From Klebsormidium nitens (lineage: Eukaryota > Plantae > Klebsormidiophyceae), in NCBI GenBank assembly GCA_000708835.1, contig DF237061.1, forward strand, positions 124,001 to 188,000: 64,000 bases of DNA, given 5' to 3'. The translations under genes were made by a program, and so were the position numbers. Each line of letters opens with the position of its first letter. The first letter of the stretch is position 1. Below, piece after piece: positions 37,019 to 47,699 of this stretch. The notes under the pieces were generated by a model. The model searched no databases and was not told the origin of the DNA. It saw nothing but the letters and a program-made list of their open reading frames with translations.

Positions 37019-38560
37019 CCTCATCATTGATTGAGGATTCCATTTTCGTGCATGAGCTGTTTGCTGACAGTCCGCTTGAAGGTCTCGGCCTGCGGGATGG
37101 TGCCGCACGGCCAGAAGCGAGGAGGAAGGAGGTGGTCATCCAACACGTCAGACTCAAAGCAAGCTGCCTGGAACTGTATCTAAGTAGAAAGAAGAGATCT
37201 TCCTCTGGAGTAGGTGTCTGGAGTGGTGGAAGGTTCGTAGACTTGTTTTGATCTCTGGGAGGAAGCAATCTGCTGATCGGAAGCTCGGGGCAACGGGGTA
37301 GCATCAGCTTTTCTAGGTGGTCACACAATCAACACTGACAACAGGTGGATTGGTTGGCTCGACGTCGTGGCAAAAGTTTGATCAAGTGGACAGCTTGATC
37401 AAACAAGGATCTGTGGTCCCCAGTAATGAACCTCCAGCTGACGATTTGACTTCAGTAAATAGACCACATGCTACCAATGATTTTCGTAGCTTCAGCTCCC
37501 TAAAGCAGAAAGCACATGCGATCGAATGCGGGGTTTGACAGCAGCAGGGCCATAGCTTTGGATTGAACAGGCACCTGGAAGCTCACAAGCGACCTGATCT
37601 CAGAAACTTAGCGCAATCACCCAAAAGTTGACGGCAATTGTGGCATTCTCAGGGGTTAGAGAGGAAGGGGCACAGTTACGCGGGCAGTTTAATCCTTGAT
37701 ATAATTAAGGGAGGCGGGGATGATCTGGCGCCCGTTCTGCTTAGTTTGCAGTCCGCTGTGAAGACGGCGTTAAGAATGGGGGAAATGCTCGATGGGCTGG
37801 GGCTGTCAGGTATGTTCAATGCTGAGGTCAGCCCGATGACACTCTCTGATGTGATGACAATCGCTGGTGGCCCATGAGGAGAGCCCATCTCCTGGACCTT
37901 GTTTGGGCAATGAACACTTGACAATTTGTATAAAAGCGCCTCATGTCGGTTTACCATGCCTTTTTGGCATGTGCAGTACTGGCCTGCCACAGCGTCCTGA
38001 AGCTCGATGGTGAAGACACGTGCAGTTTGTGAAGTATGTTGAATGGATGATTTAAACAAAACTCTGGCAATTGGAGGCTGCCTGCTCATTGCATGTTCTT
38101 TACTCTGCTTGTCAAATGTCCTGCGACACTTGGTTACGAATGTGCGTCTTGCCGGACAAAGAAGGCGACAAGGCCTATTTGCTTGCAAGAGTAAAGTAAG
38201 AGATAATCTCAGATCATATTGCCGCCCTTACACAAGTTTTCTGGGAGGACAGTCAGCCCTGCCGACTTTGCCCAGAGAAGGGAAGGACAACTACCCGGTA
38301 GAGCAAGGGATTTGCAGCTAATACGGCTTTGAACATGTGGCGCTGTGCCAACACCAACCGCAATGCTGCGTGGTTGACAGCTGGCAGAGTGGTTGACAGC
38401 TGGCATGCACTGGCGCTAGCACAGCACAGCCCCAAATGGACTGGTTTCAAAGTGTTCGCACCCGAATAGTGGACTTGAGGCATGTTAGAGCAACTAGTGC
38501 TGCTTCCAAGTACAGCTGGTATGGGGGTGCAGAGAAATGTCTGGACCAAGTCCTCCATAT

Positions 38561-38597
38561 TTAGGGTTCTGATAGATTAGGGTTTTGGTTAGGGTTT
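38561..38597. promoter_or_regulatory. Cluster of three telo-box/telomere-like motifs upstream of the kinase gene
   Basis: TTAGGGTT at 38561, 38577 and 38589; the last two are full TTAGGGTTT, the reverse of the telo-box AAACCCTAA. A regulatory role is inferred. Confidence 0.45.
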
Positions 38598-38930
38598 CTC
38601 AATTTTACTCCTGGCCGAGGCATCACTGTGAAGGACCATCTTTTGACGCCTCGAAGCCCCTTCACAATCTTCCCCCATTTCAGCATGTTGATGTTACACT
38701 TGCTTCTCAATAAAAACCTCCTTAGCTTTGGTAAAGCTGGAGCAAAACAAGGGCCTCTTCCATTTTGACTGATGCCCCCCCCTCCGTCTTAGCCCCCAGA
38801 ATTTGCACAGCAGAGCACGTGTTGTCCAGCTTGTACTATTTGGAACAGGGCACACAAAAGATCAGACACCTGTCATTTCACTCAGATCTCATCTGAGACA
38901 AACAATTGGAACCTTTTCGCAGGTGACGGG

Positions 38931-41900
38931 ATGCCTCGCCGCCACCTGATTGGTCGGCAGCTGCTGCAGGCGGCGTCCCCAAATGTGACAATTGTGACAT
39001 CGTCATCGGAGCAGATTCCGACATGGGTTGTGATTACTGTAGCGGGGTCGGTGGGGGCAGTGGCGTGCATCCTGTTGATTGTCCTCATTGTGGTGCTACT
39101 GATGCAGAGACGGGGCATGAAGGCGGGCCGGGCAGGTGAGTCTCACTGTACCAATTCACGATTGCAACTTTACCCTCCTGCTTGGAAAGGAAGTACATTC
39201 CAAATCATGGGATCTACCCCCATGATCAAAGAGAACATATCTTCTCAACACAGACCTTTACCTTCTTGAGTGGGGAGAACGTACCCTTTTTACGGTAGCT
39301 TCCCCGGTTGGTGGCTTCAGTGTTCTGATCTTCCTGCTTAACTTACCTCCTTGGCTCCGAGTATCCTTGGATGTGTGAGTTCTGAGAGGGCTCCTATGAA
39401 AAAGTGCTTAAAACAGACTCTAGCTCCAAGCTCGACCTAGTCAGCTGACATTGAAGAAGAGAGTACTTTGAACACAGAGTCCTGTGTCACGGTCTTCTGA
39501 ATTGCCTTTCAAAGAGTCTCTGACTAGGAGACAGGGTCCTCTCATAAACTGAGCCGCGAGGTAAAGTAGGTGACGAGATTCATTGAGCTGAGGAATCGAC
39601 CTTGGCAGGGTTTTAGCTTTTCGGTTACTTGACTCGCTGATTGCAAAAGTTGACAATTTGGAGAAAGGTGGGCACTCTTGGATCCTCCTTGACTCTGGGC
39701 TTTTACCGTAACTCCAGGCCCTCAAAGCATTTTTAAATCTTTGATTCCAGGCCTTGTCCTGCGACCAGGCTTCACCCCCTCTTAACCATTACTTGCCCCT
39801 CTCTCCTTGCCAACCCTTCTGTCATCCATCCAGGTGCCCACTCCGGCTCTGGCCCCTCGAAGCAGCTCCTCTCAAACCCCGGCAGCAACGAGGACGTCGA
39901 GCGACAGCTGATCCCGAAGCGAGAGATGATACCGAGAGAAGCGGACGGGTGGCCGTTCTGTCTGCACCCCATCGAGCAAGTCCCGATGACGGTCGAGAAC
40001 AAGATGCCCAAATACAGCCTGGCGGAAGTCCGTCGCGCGACGGGGGACTTTGCGGAGGACGGGCTCCTGGGGGAGGGGCGATACGGGGGGGTGTTTCGAG
40101 GTAAGCCCTTTGGTGCCCCTTTGGGTAATTGGTTAAACTGGTTACGCGGGTGGTTTGCGCCTTTCGTGGGGCTGCTGGGGGAGGGGCGCTATTTGGCAGT
40201 TGTTGAGAGGTAAACCGGGTTACCCCTTAAAGTCGTTGGGTAACCCAAACACTCGTAGTATCCATATGACAGGTGCTCCGGCCCCTTCGTCTCGGGTGCT
40301 TTTTAGGTAACGAGAGTATCTCCTATTGTGGATCGCGGTATCTGTCCGACATGGGAAGCGTTTCGGATCTCCGTTTTACGGGGATGCTAGAAGCAGGGGG
40401 CCTTCGGGGGGGCCCAGGAAGCGGATCATGTTTCACGGAGTATGAAACGTCGTGAGTAATGTAACTAAACGACGTCAACTGAGTTGCAACAAAACTATCG
40501 GTATGAAGAGCAGAAGTAGAGCTAGTACACTTCTCATCAACAGCGGTTTTTGGAATCAGAGTGGGTTGACAATCCAACAGGGCTGATAGACATCCTCTGG
40601 TTGGGCTCCTCGACCTGTGTCATCAAAGCAGAGCATCAGCCCGACGTCACCTATTCGCGCTGCTGATGACACTCAGCGTCGATAGTAACACACACGTGTT
40701 ACTCGCGTCACCGCATCTAATCATCAAATCAGCTGCTAACATTCAATCTGCGCTTCAGAAAACAACCGCAGCTTGTCAGTTGAAAATAAGCAATCTATGT
40801 TTGACGCCAGCGGTTCTCGTCACCTGCTTCTACGTTGAGGAACGTTTAAAGCACCAGGGAAATCCATCACGAGCTGACCCACCTCTAGCGTCGCTGACGT
40901 CATGGGCCCCCCTCGTGCCGCTGACATCATGGCCCTCTCTCTCAGGCACGCTGGACGACGGGCGGCCGGTCGCGGTCAAGCGCATGCGGGTTGAGCATGT
41001 ACGGGGAGAGTTGACCAAATTTGGAAACCGCGCGGAAAAGGAGTTTTTGAGCGAGGCGGAAGTGATCGTTCGGGTTCATCATCGGCACCTGCTGCCTCTG
41101 ATCGGCTATTGCTCTACGAGGGACGAGCGGATACTGATTCTCATGTACATGGGGCGGGGAAGCCTGGAGGCGAAGCTGAGAGGTGAGTGTGTTTAGAAAG
41201 GGGTTGGTGCTTGTGAAACTAAAGTCCTAGACGTACGTTGAGTGAGGCAGCCCCACGGCGAAGCTGCGGGGTGAATAAGGGCAATAATTTGCTGGTAGGG
41301 ACATTCGCTTCTGTATTTTGTGAATTGGGACTGAGTATCCTAGAGTTGGGTCGATCACTCGGGGGTGGACCGCCGTGTTATGGCCAACCAATGAATGGGC
41401 GGTATCAGAAGGGAAGTCAAGTTGTCTGTTTCGACCAAGAGGTTGCCGGAGAGAAGGAGGACGACGTCATCCGTAGTCATCACTTTTGAAGTGGGCGTAG
41501 GGCATACATGTCAATCCAAGGTGCAGAGAGCCCAGATTCGCCGTACTTTTGACCTCATCCGTCAAAAAGGAACTCAATTTCTGTAGTATAAGTATCGCGA
41601 GCTTTGAAATCCGACGCCCACTCTAGAGAAAGATACGATCCTCTTCATAAGGCAGACGACTTTGGTGAGCCAACGAGAACCCACTCGGGGAAGCCAATCA
41701 AAAGAGATTAGGGAAGCCCATGCGCCCCCTTGCGTTCCTTTATCAACGAGGTGAATTTCCGTGCAGATCGGCGCAACTCCTTGGACTGGGGCGCCCGATA
41801 CCGGATTGCGGTGGGGGCGGCCAAGGGCATCGCGTATCTGCACGAGGTGAGGTCGCCGTGACGTCACCTGCGGCTCCAGATAACGTCATTTGCAAGCTGC

Positions 41901-44900
41901 AGTTGCTCATTTACGCTTCTGATTCCAACGGGGATTCTCTCAGGGTATATGCACCGACTCTGTTTGACGTGCCATGCTATGCCTCGACCGACGTTGAGCT
42001 GGCGTGCGACCACGGAATGGGGGCATGTGATTGCTCTCCCTAAGCAGACTTTCACCGCCGCTCGACTTCTTCCCCTCAGAATCCATACCGATGCTAACTT
42101 TATTACGGCATCTCAGACTGTCTGCTGATATCCCTTCTGTCTGGGTACGACTTATCGCGACCTCTTGTTAAAAACCAGCAAACTGAAAGATCCTATTGCA
42201 AACCGCAACAGTTCTAGTCGTTTAGGAACCTGGCAGACGAAAGCTCCCCGTTGCTTCTGCCTTGCATTTTCGAATTTTTGACGTCCTCTCTTTCGCTTCC
42301 CCAGGACTGTCTCCCGGGGATTCTGCACCGTGACATCAAAACGTCCAATATCCTGCTTGACGAATCCGACGAGCCGAGAGTGAGACCCGTTCCATGATTC
42401 CATACACCGGCAGCCGTTTCAACATAAGTGTCTTCACCTTATTATGAGTCGGTTCGTTGCTTCCTTTGTACGCCCCGATCTCGATGAAACTCAAGTAAGA
42501 TAATAAGTAAGATATTAAGTAAGATAATGATAAACCAAGATAATGATAAGCTCCGACTGACACTCTAAAATCACCGGACACACAAAGATACCTGCTCCGC
42601 ACCCCTACCCACCCTAACCACCAAACTAACCCTACCCGTGCTAGTGCCATTACCTTGTTATCATCTCGGCTTATTTTGATCTTTCTTGAGTTCGATCCGG
42701 TTTCGGCGCATGGATACGATGCTCATGTCGTAAAGTTTGGATGGACTCAAGATCATTTTGACAAGCGAAAGACCGTGCATTCGGGACTCAAGCCGGTAGT
42801 GGCGGTCCGGACATGAGCGCGACTTTCAACTGGTTCGCGGTTGCGCTGCTCTTCAAAAGTGCGTCAAAGTCAGGAATAGAAGGATCTTTCTTTTCCCGAG
42901 TTGGCCAAGACAAGTTGCTCATCAACGTATCATTTGAGCAACTTGACCTTTTTCGTTTGGATCTTTTTACATGCTTTCTGGAACTAGGGCAGCTTTGACC
43001 CGGCAGATTTTAATCTTCTTTCGAGGTACCGGCAGACCTTCCTCCCAAGCACAAGCACTTTGCTCAACATGCATACTACTTTCGTCCAGAGTGATCGCCG
43101 ATTTTCGGTTCTAAGCAGGCAGTTACAGACAGCGTTTGGTTCTTTTTGGACCACAACTCTGCTTCCGAGCACTGCAGATGCTCAACCCTTCTTTCGAGCT
43201 CTCTCAGTCCTCATCCTTTTTCCGACACTTCAACCCTTAACAATTCTTCCGACCACTCTCAATCCTTACCCCTTCTTCCAACCATTCTTACCTCTTTCCC
43301 CGGTCATCGCCTCTCCGACTTTGGCTTCGCCCGGAGCAAGGTCGGGCCTGCTTCAGCAAGCGTAAGCTTTCCCTTACAGTTACTCCCTTGCGGACAGACT
43401 TTGGCTTTGTCGGAGCAAGCCCCTTTGCTCAACCACACCCAATCCTTTTTCCTTCTCTCCAGGTGGCCGACTTCGGCTCTGCTCGGAGCAAGGAGTTCGG
43501 GCCTGCTTGAGTGAACGTTTACTTTCCCTCACCGACCGCGTCTCCTTGCAGACAGACTTTGCCTTTGTCATTGCAAACCCTTCTCCCAAACACTCCTGAC
43601 CCTTTTTTTTCTCTCTCCAGGTGGCCGACTTCGGCTTCGCTCGGAGCAAGGAGTTCGGGAAGCTGTCGGGGAGCGTGCAAACACAAGTGGTCGGAACACC
43701 GGGCTATCTCCCCATTGAGTGCGTCCTGTTCGGACAGAACAATAGCATCAAATCGGACGTGTACGCATTCGGGGTGGTGCTTTTGGAGATTCTTTCAGGG
43801 AAGCCGCCGGTCGAGGGGGAGGCGGGGTCCAAGAAGACGCTCGCGCACTTCGTAAGTACCTCCAAAAAACCAACCTTTTTTGTACTTTGGTATCGCCAGT
43901 GAATTCAACCTCCAGTTCGATTCATTAGGGCCAGGCAAAAAGAATCGTTTCGACGGACTATTTTAAGCAGGCTACCTATATCCGCCGGTGAATTTAAGAG
44001 CATTTCAAAACAGACCAGGAACGGAACTTTTGCAACCGGCAGATGGAGGATCCGTTTGCCCGACGGTATGCCGTGCTCTTTTTAGGCGCCTTCACCGTCT
44101 GGACCTAAGAAAAGTTTTCAGCAACAGGATTTTCATTTGGAATCATCCATCTCTCCGATATGCCAAGATCAACTGTCCATCTTCAAATCAGGTCCCAAAA
44201 CTCAAAATAGAAATAGGCCCCAGTTCTCGACTCAGCGCCCCTTATTCCGTTGCAGGTCCTCGGCACATTCATAACCGAGTGGTCTGAATACAGATCGAGA
44301 AGGCTTGAGCAGTTTCAAAGGTGAATCATGGCGGGGTTTCAGATGACGCTCGCAGTCTTTGTAAATCCCTTCGAGCGAATTCAGACAGAAGAGTCCTTTT
44401 TCACGTCAGGACCAACCCTCAAGTCCCCTATTCCCCACAGGCGAAGGAGACCCACGACTACGGAGGCGGCCTCGCTGACGTCATCGACCCCGCGCTGGGC
44501 CGCTCGTATGACGTGGACGAGGCGGTGCGGCTGTGGCACACGGCGCTGCACTGCGTCAGCGACGACCCCATCCGGCGGCCGCGCATGGGCCACGTGGTGC
44601 TCATGCTGCGCGGGAAACAGCCCGCGCTGCCGCCCTCGCCGGAAGTGCAGCGGTGAGCATGCATTTCTCCGCTCGTCAGTTTTCTATTCTTCCTTTTTCC
44701 TTTCCAGGTTAGAGAGACGTCTTCAGGGCTTCTTTCTTTTTTTGTTGCCTCGCTTGCTTGAGCGCAACTACAGAAAGGGAGACAGACTATTCATGGTGCA
44801 AGGGAAGCAGCCCGCGCTGCCGCCCCCGCGTGCAGTGCAACGGTAAGGATCTGGTGCAGCCATTTTTGCAAAAGTTACCTTGCTGACTTCTCTTGCCCTC

Positions 44901-46180
44901 GTGCCGTCTGAAACTGGTTGCATGGGAAACGGGGTGCTAAAGACAGTCCTTGCTGCTGCTCAACGCTAGAAATGCAATGGTGAGACACAACTTTCTCCGA
45001 CTCGTTTGTGTGACTTTTTGTAGGCTACGTTGAAAGGTTTCGGATTTGCTTCTCCCTTCGGTGTTCTATAGCATCGTAACATCAACACGAGCCCTTTAAC
45101 GTACCTTAAATTGCCCTCCGTCTTCGCACGCGCAGGCTCGGCAACTTCGCGCGCGCCTCCCCTCGGGACCGCAACCCGCGCAATATCGTCACGCCCGAGA
45201 AAGTCGACTTGTGGCCGCGCGCTGCCGAGAGCCCGCTTGCGCGCAAATTCACACCCCCCTCCCCAGGCAACGTTCTGCGCAATTTGCAAAGCCCGCATTC
45301 GCGCGAGTCCAAGTCGCGCGAGTCCAGGTCGCGCGACTCGCGATCGACGGTCGAGCATCGACGGATGGATACGGACACCGAGTATGAGATGCGTCCCGAG
45401 AGCTCGGAGTCGCAGAAAAGGTCGACGCCGGATTACCACCACTTTCTGTACGAAAACGAAGACGGGGAGAAAGTTGTTCTCGTCGATGGGGTGGATACAG
45501 GTGTGTTGACGGACGGGGCAAAGAGGAAACGGTCCCCCGGGGGATTCAACCGGGCGGAATACGACCCGGTTGAACAGTTTAGCGGGGAGGTTTGGAAGGA
45601 CGACGATATGGACGGTCTAGATATGTCCAAGCTGAGGTGGACCCCGGGGCAGCCGTTGATGCACTACTGGGCGGGGCCTCCCGGTGGTGACACATTGCAA
45701 GAAGCGCGTCGTGACACGTGGCAGGGAGCCGTCCCGGCGGGAGACGCTCCGCCGATCGGCGAACCGTGGGGGGCCGAGTCGACGAGTGACGGCGCCGGCG
45801 CGGTCGCACCGCAGATCAGAGGGTTCGGAGAATCTGCTGACGGGTATTCGAAAATAATGGTGAAGTCGCACAGCGAGAGGTATAGCGTCAGAACGGAGGA
45901 GGCGGGTTGGCCGGAAATGGGGGCCGAAAGTGCGGACTGGGGCAAACGGAAACTAACCAGGTCGCTTAGTAACCCGCTTTTTGTTGGGGAAGGGGGGGGG
46001 CATCCGCTGTTTGGGGAAGAGGACGGGGAGGGCACAAACCCGCTATTTATTGAGAAGGTTGCAACGCCGGAGGATCCGTTTCTTAGCGGTAAAGGGTTTA
46101 CTTACCTGGAGGTCCAGTCCCGAAGCTCGTCGCATTCGAGCCCGTTGGAGAATGCTTCTCCGCTTCCGAAGGTGTACTGA
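38931..46180 (+). CDS. Single-pass receptor-like Ser/Thr kinase (RLK/Pelle, RD type) with a very short visible ectodomain and a long disordered C-tail, 783 aa from ATG 38931
   Basis: Exons 38931-39135, 39834-40100, 40946-41182, 41767-41846, 42305-42379, 43621-43851, 44441-44652 and 45136-46180 total 2352 nt. It has a TM segment (VVITVAG...IVVLLMQRR), [45 protein letters not shown] and RP. The 5' end is uncertain: an acceptor at 38922 allows an upstream exon. Confidence 0.88.
42493..42550. repeat. AT-rich 12-bp minisatellite in kinase intron 5
   Basis: aagtaagata(a/t)t x3 (42493-42528), followed by degenerate aagataatgataa units. Confidence 0.75.
43311..43660 (+). repeat. ~155-bp tandem repeat spanning the acceptor of the DFG exon (two decayed copies plus the real exon start)
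   Basis: gac(t/c)t(t/c)ggct...gc(c/t)cggagcaagg occurs at 43317, 43469 and 43627. The intervening intron segments are also similar (gacagactttg...ctttgtc...ttctctccag). Confidence 0.85.
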
Positions 46181-46459
46181 GTGGACAGGTGCAAGCGAAT
46201 TGCATGCGTCAAATAGGGAATGGTCGATATGTGCAATCTGCAGTATTTGATCGAAGGCACCCGTTTCTATTCGTTCCCTTCTTTGAGTAATTGCAGCCGA
46301 GCCTTGTACGATTCTTTCTAAGCCTATGTATAGAAGCAGCTGATTGTAGAATAGGACTAATTGCTGGTGGAGGCACGTTATTTGTACATGTTGATGTGTT
46401 GGGGTGGTATCGGAGTCAAGGTCAGTTGCATTGAGGACTTGATAGGCAGCTGTGAAGGT

Positions 46460-46815
46460 GATCTGTTGAGAACTTAACGATTGAGCAGATCTGATCAGTG
46501 GTCAACCTTTGTACTTGGAACTTTGTGAGACGATCAGGGCACGATCGATAAATGTCCAGATTTTATACTTGCGATCAAAGATGCATACTCAAGTTGGTGA
46601 TACCACTTTCCTGCATGCATTGATCCGACATAGTGAGTGCGAATATAGTGCCTATCGGTGCGCAGAAGACGGTCGATCACGGTCGATCACGGTCGATCAC
46701 ATGCATACTAGTCACAGTGAGTATGGTTGCATCGTGAGAATCACCACTGGGCCCCCGCATCATTCTGTTAAGTCTGTAATTGCCAGACCGTTGGCTCGTA
46801 TGGTCGATCGATCTC
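46460..46815. repeat. GATC-dense island including a perfect 10-bp tandem repeat (ggtcgatcac)x3 at 46671-46700
   Basis: About 12 GATC tetramers counted in ~360 bp downstream of the kinase stop codon. Confidence 0.65.
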
Positions 46816-47699
46816 ACATGTGTGATTGTGGCAAATATATTTATCTGCGACAAGCATGACTACGTAAGCAACAGTACGCCGTCTTGTTACCTACCCGTCG
46901 CGCGGCGTATCAAGGATTCTAAAAGCTGGCACACATATATTTGTATGTACATGTACACCATGAGCATGCCGAATAGGCCCGGGCCGGTTCCACGAGAACT
47001 CGAACGATTAAAATAATTTGGGCCAGAGTGCCTTGACTTCGGAAGTTTTGTTGATTGTGGCGATGCCTGACTCGTCCATAAGATCATCACAGCCTTCCGC
47101 GGCCTTCAGCTCATCGACCGGTCCACAATGGAGCCATTTACACTTGTAAAACTGAGGTTGCTAGCCGGATCTTAAAGAGCGATATAGCATCAACTTTCTA
47201 GCTAGTTGCATCTTCGTCATGTGCGGACAGTCGGTGTTGAGACCTGATTTGTGATGACGTGATAGAGTCGATAGAGACTCAGTTGCCGCCACATGACAGA
47301 GGGAATGGCCCCACTGAGGTACTACAGAGACAATTTTCTGCTCTTATCATGCAGGTGATCTGGCCCTTCCATGATCGAATGCATTGCGCTGACATCCGCC
47401 GGCCAGGCTACCAAGGAACCTTGATTACTGTATTCGAGTGTGACCATACAACCAGGACAGACTGTTGAATTTGGCTAAGTGCAGCCATCTGATCGCAAAC
47501 GTGGCCATACTCATACTTTTGATTTGAAGCCCAATGCAGAATACGCTGACTCGTCCTATGCAAGCAGATCGCTCTTTGGTGGCACAATGCTGCCTCAACC
47601 TTCAGATCAGCATTCAATCTGTACTGCGCTGCATTCAGCCTGTTCGCAGATGCGGTTCTACTTGGATGGTGGTACAGCTTTTTGCAACTCCTCTAACCA

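Noticed and set aside
37006-37877. Short ORFs downstream of the MITE
   Set aside because: Could not be linked by consistent splice sites or matched to any family, including transposases.
41735-41755. tatcaacgaggtgaa as another exon-edge echo of tatctgcacgaggtgag
   Set aside because: The match is too short and lies on the wrong side of the exon for the pattern; it may be chance.
44966-46035. Several overlapping ORFs over the last kinase exon
   Set aside because: Explained by high GC and stop-codon scarcity in a real exon.
35884-46815. CRISPR-like interpretation of the GTAC, GATC and 155-bp repeat blocks
   Set aside because: No constant-length repeat with unique spacers and no cas genes, in a eukaryotic intron-rich context.
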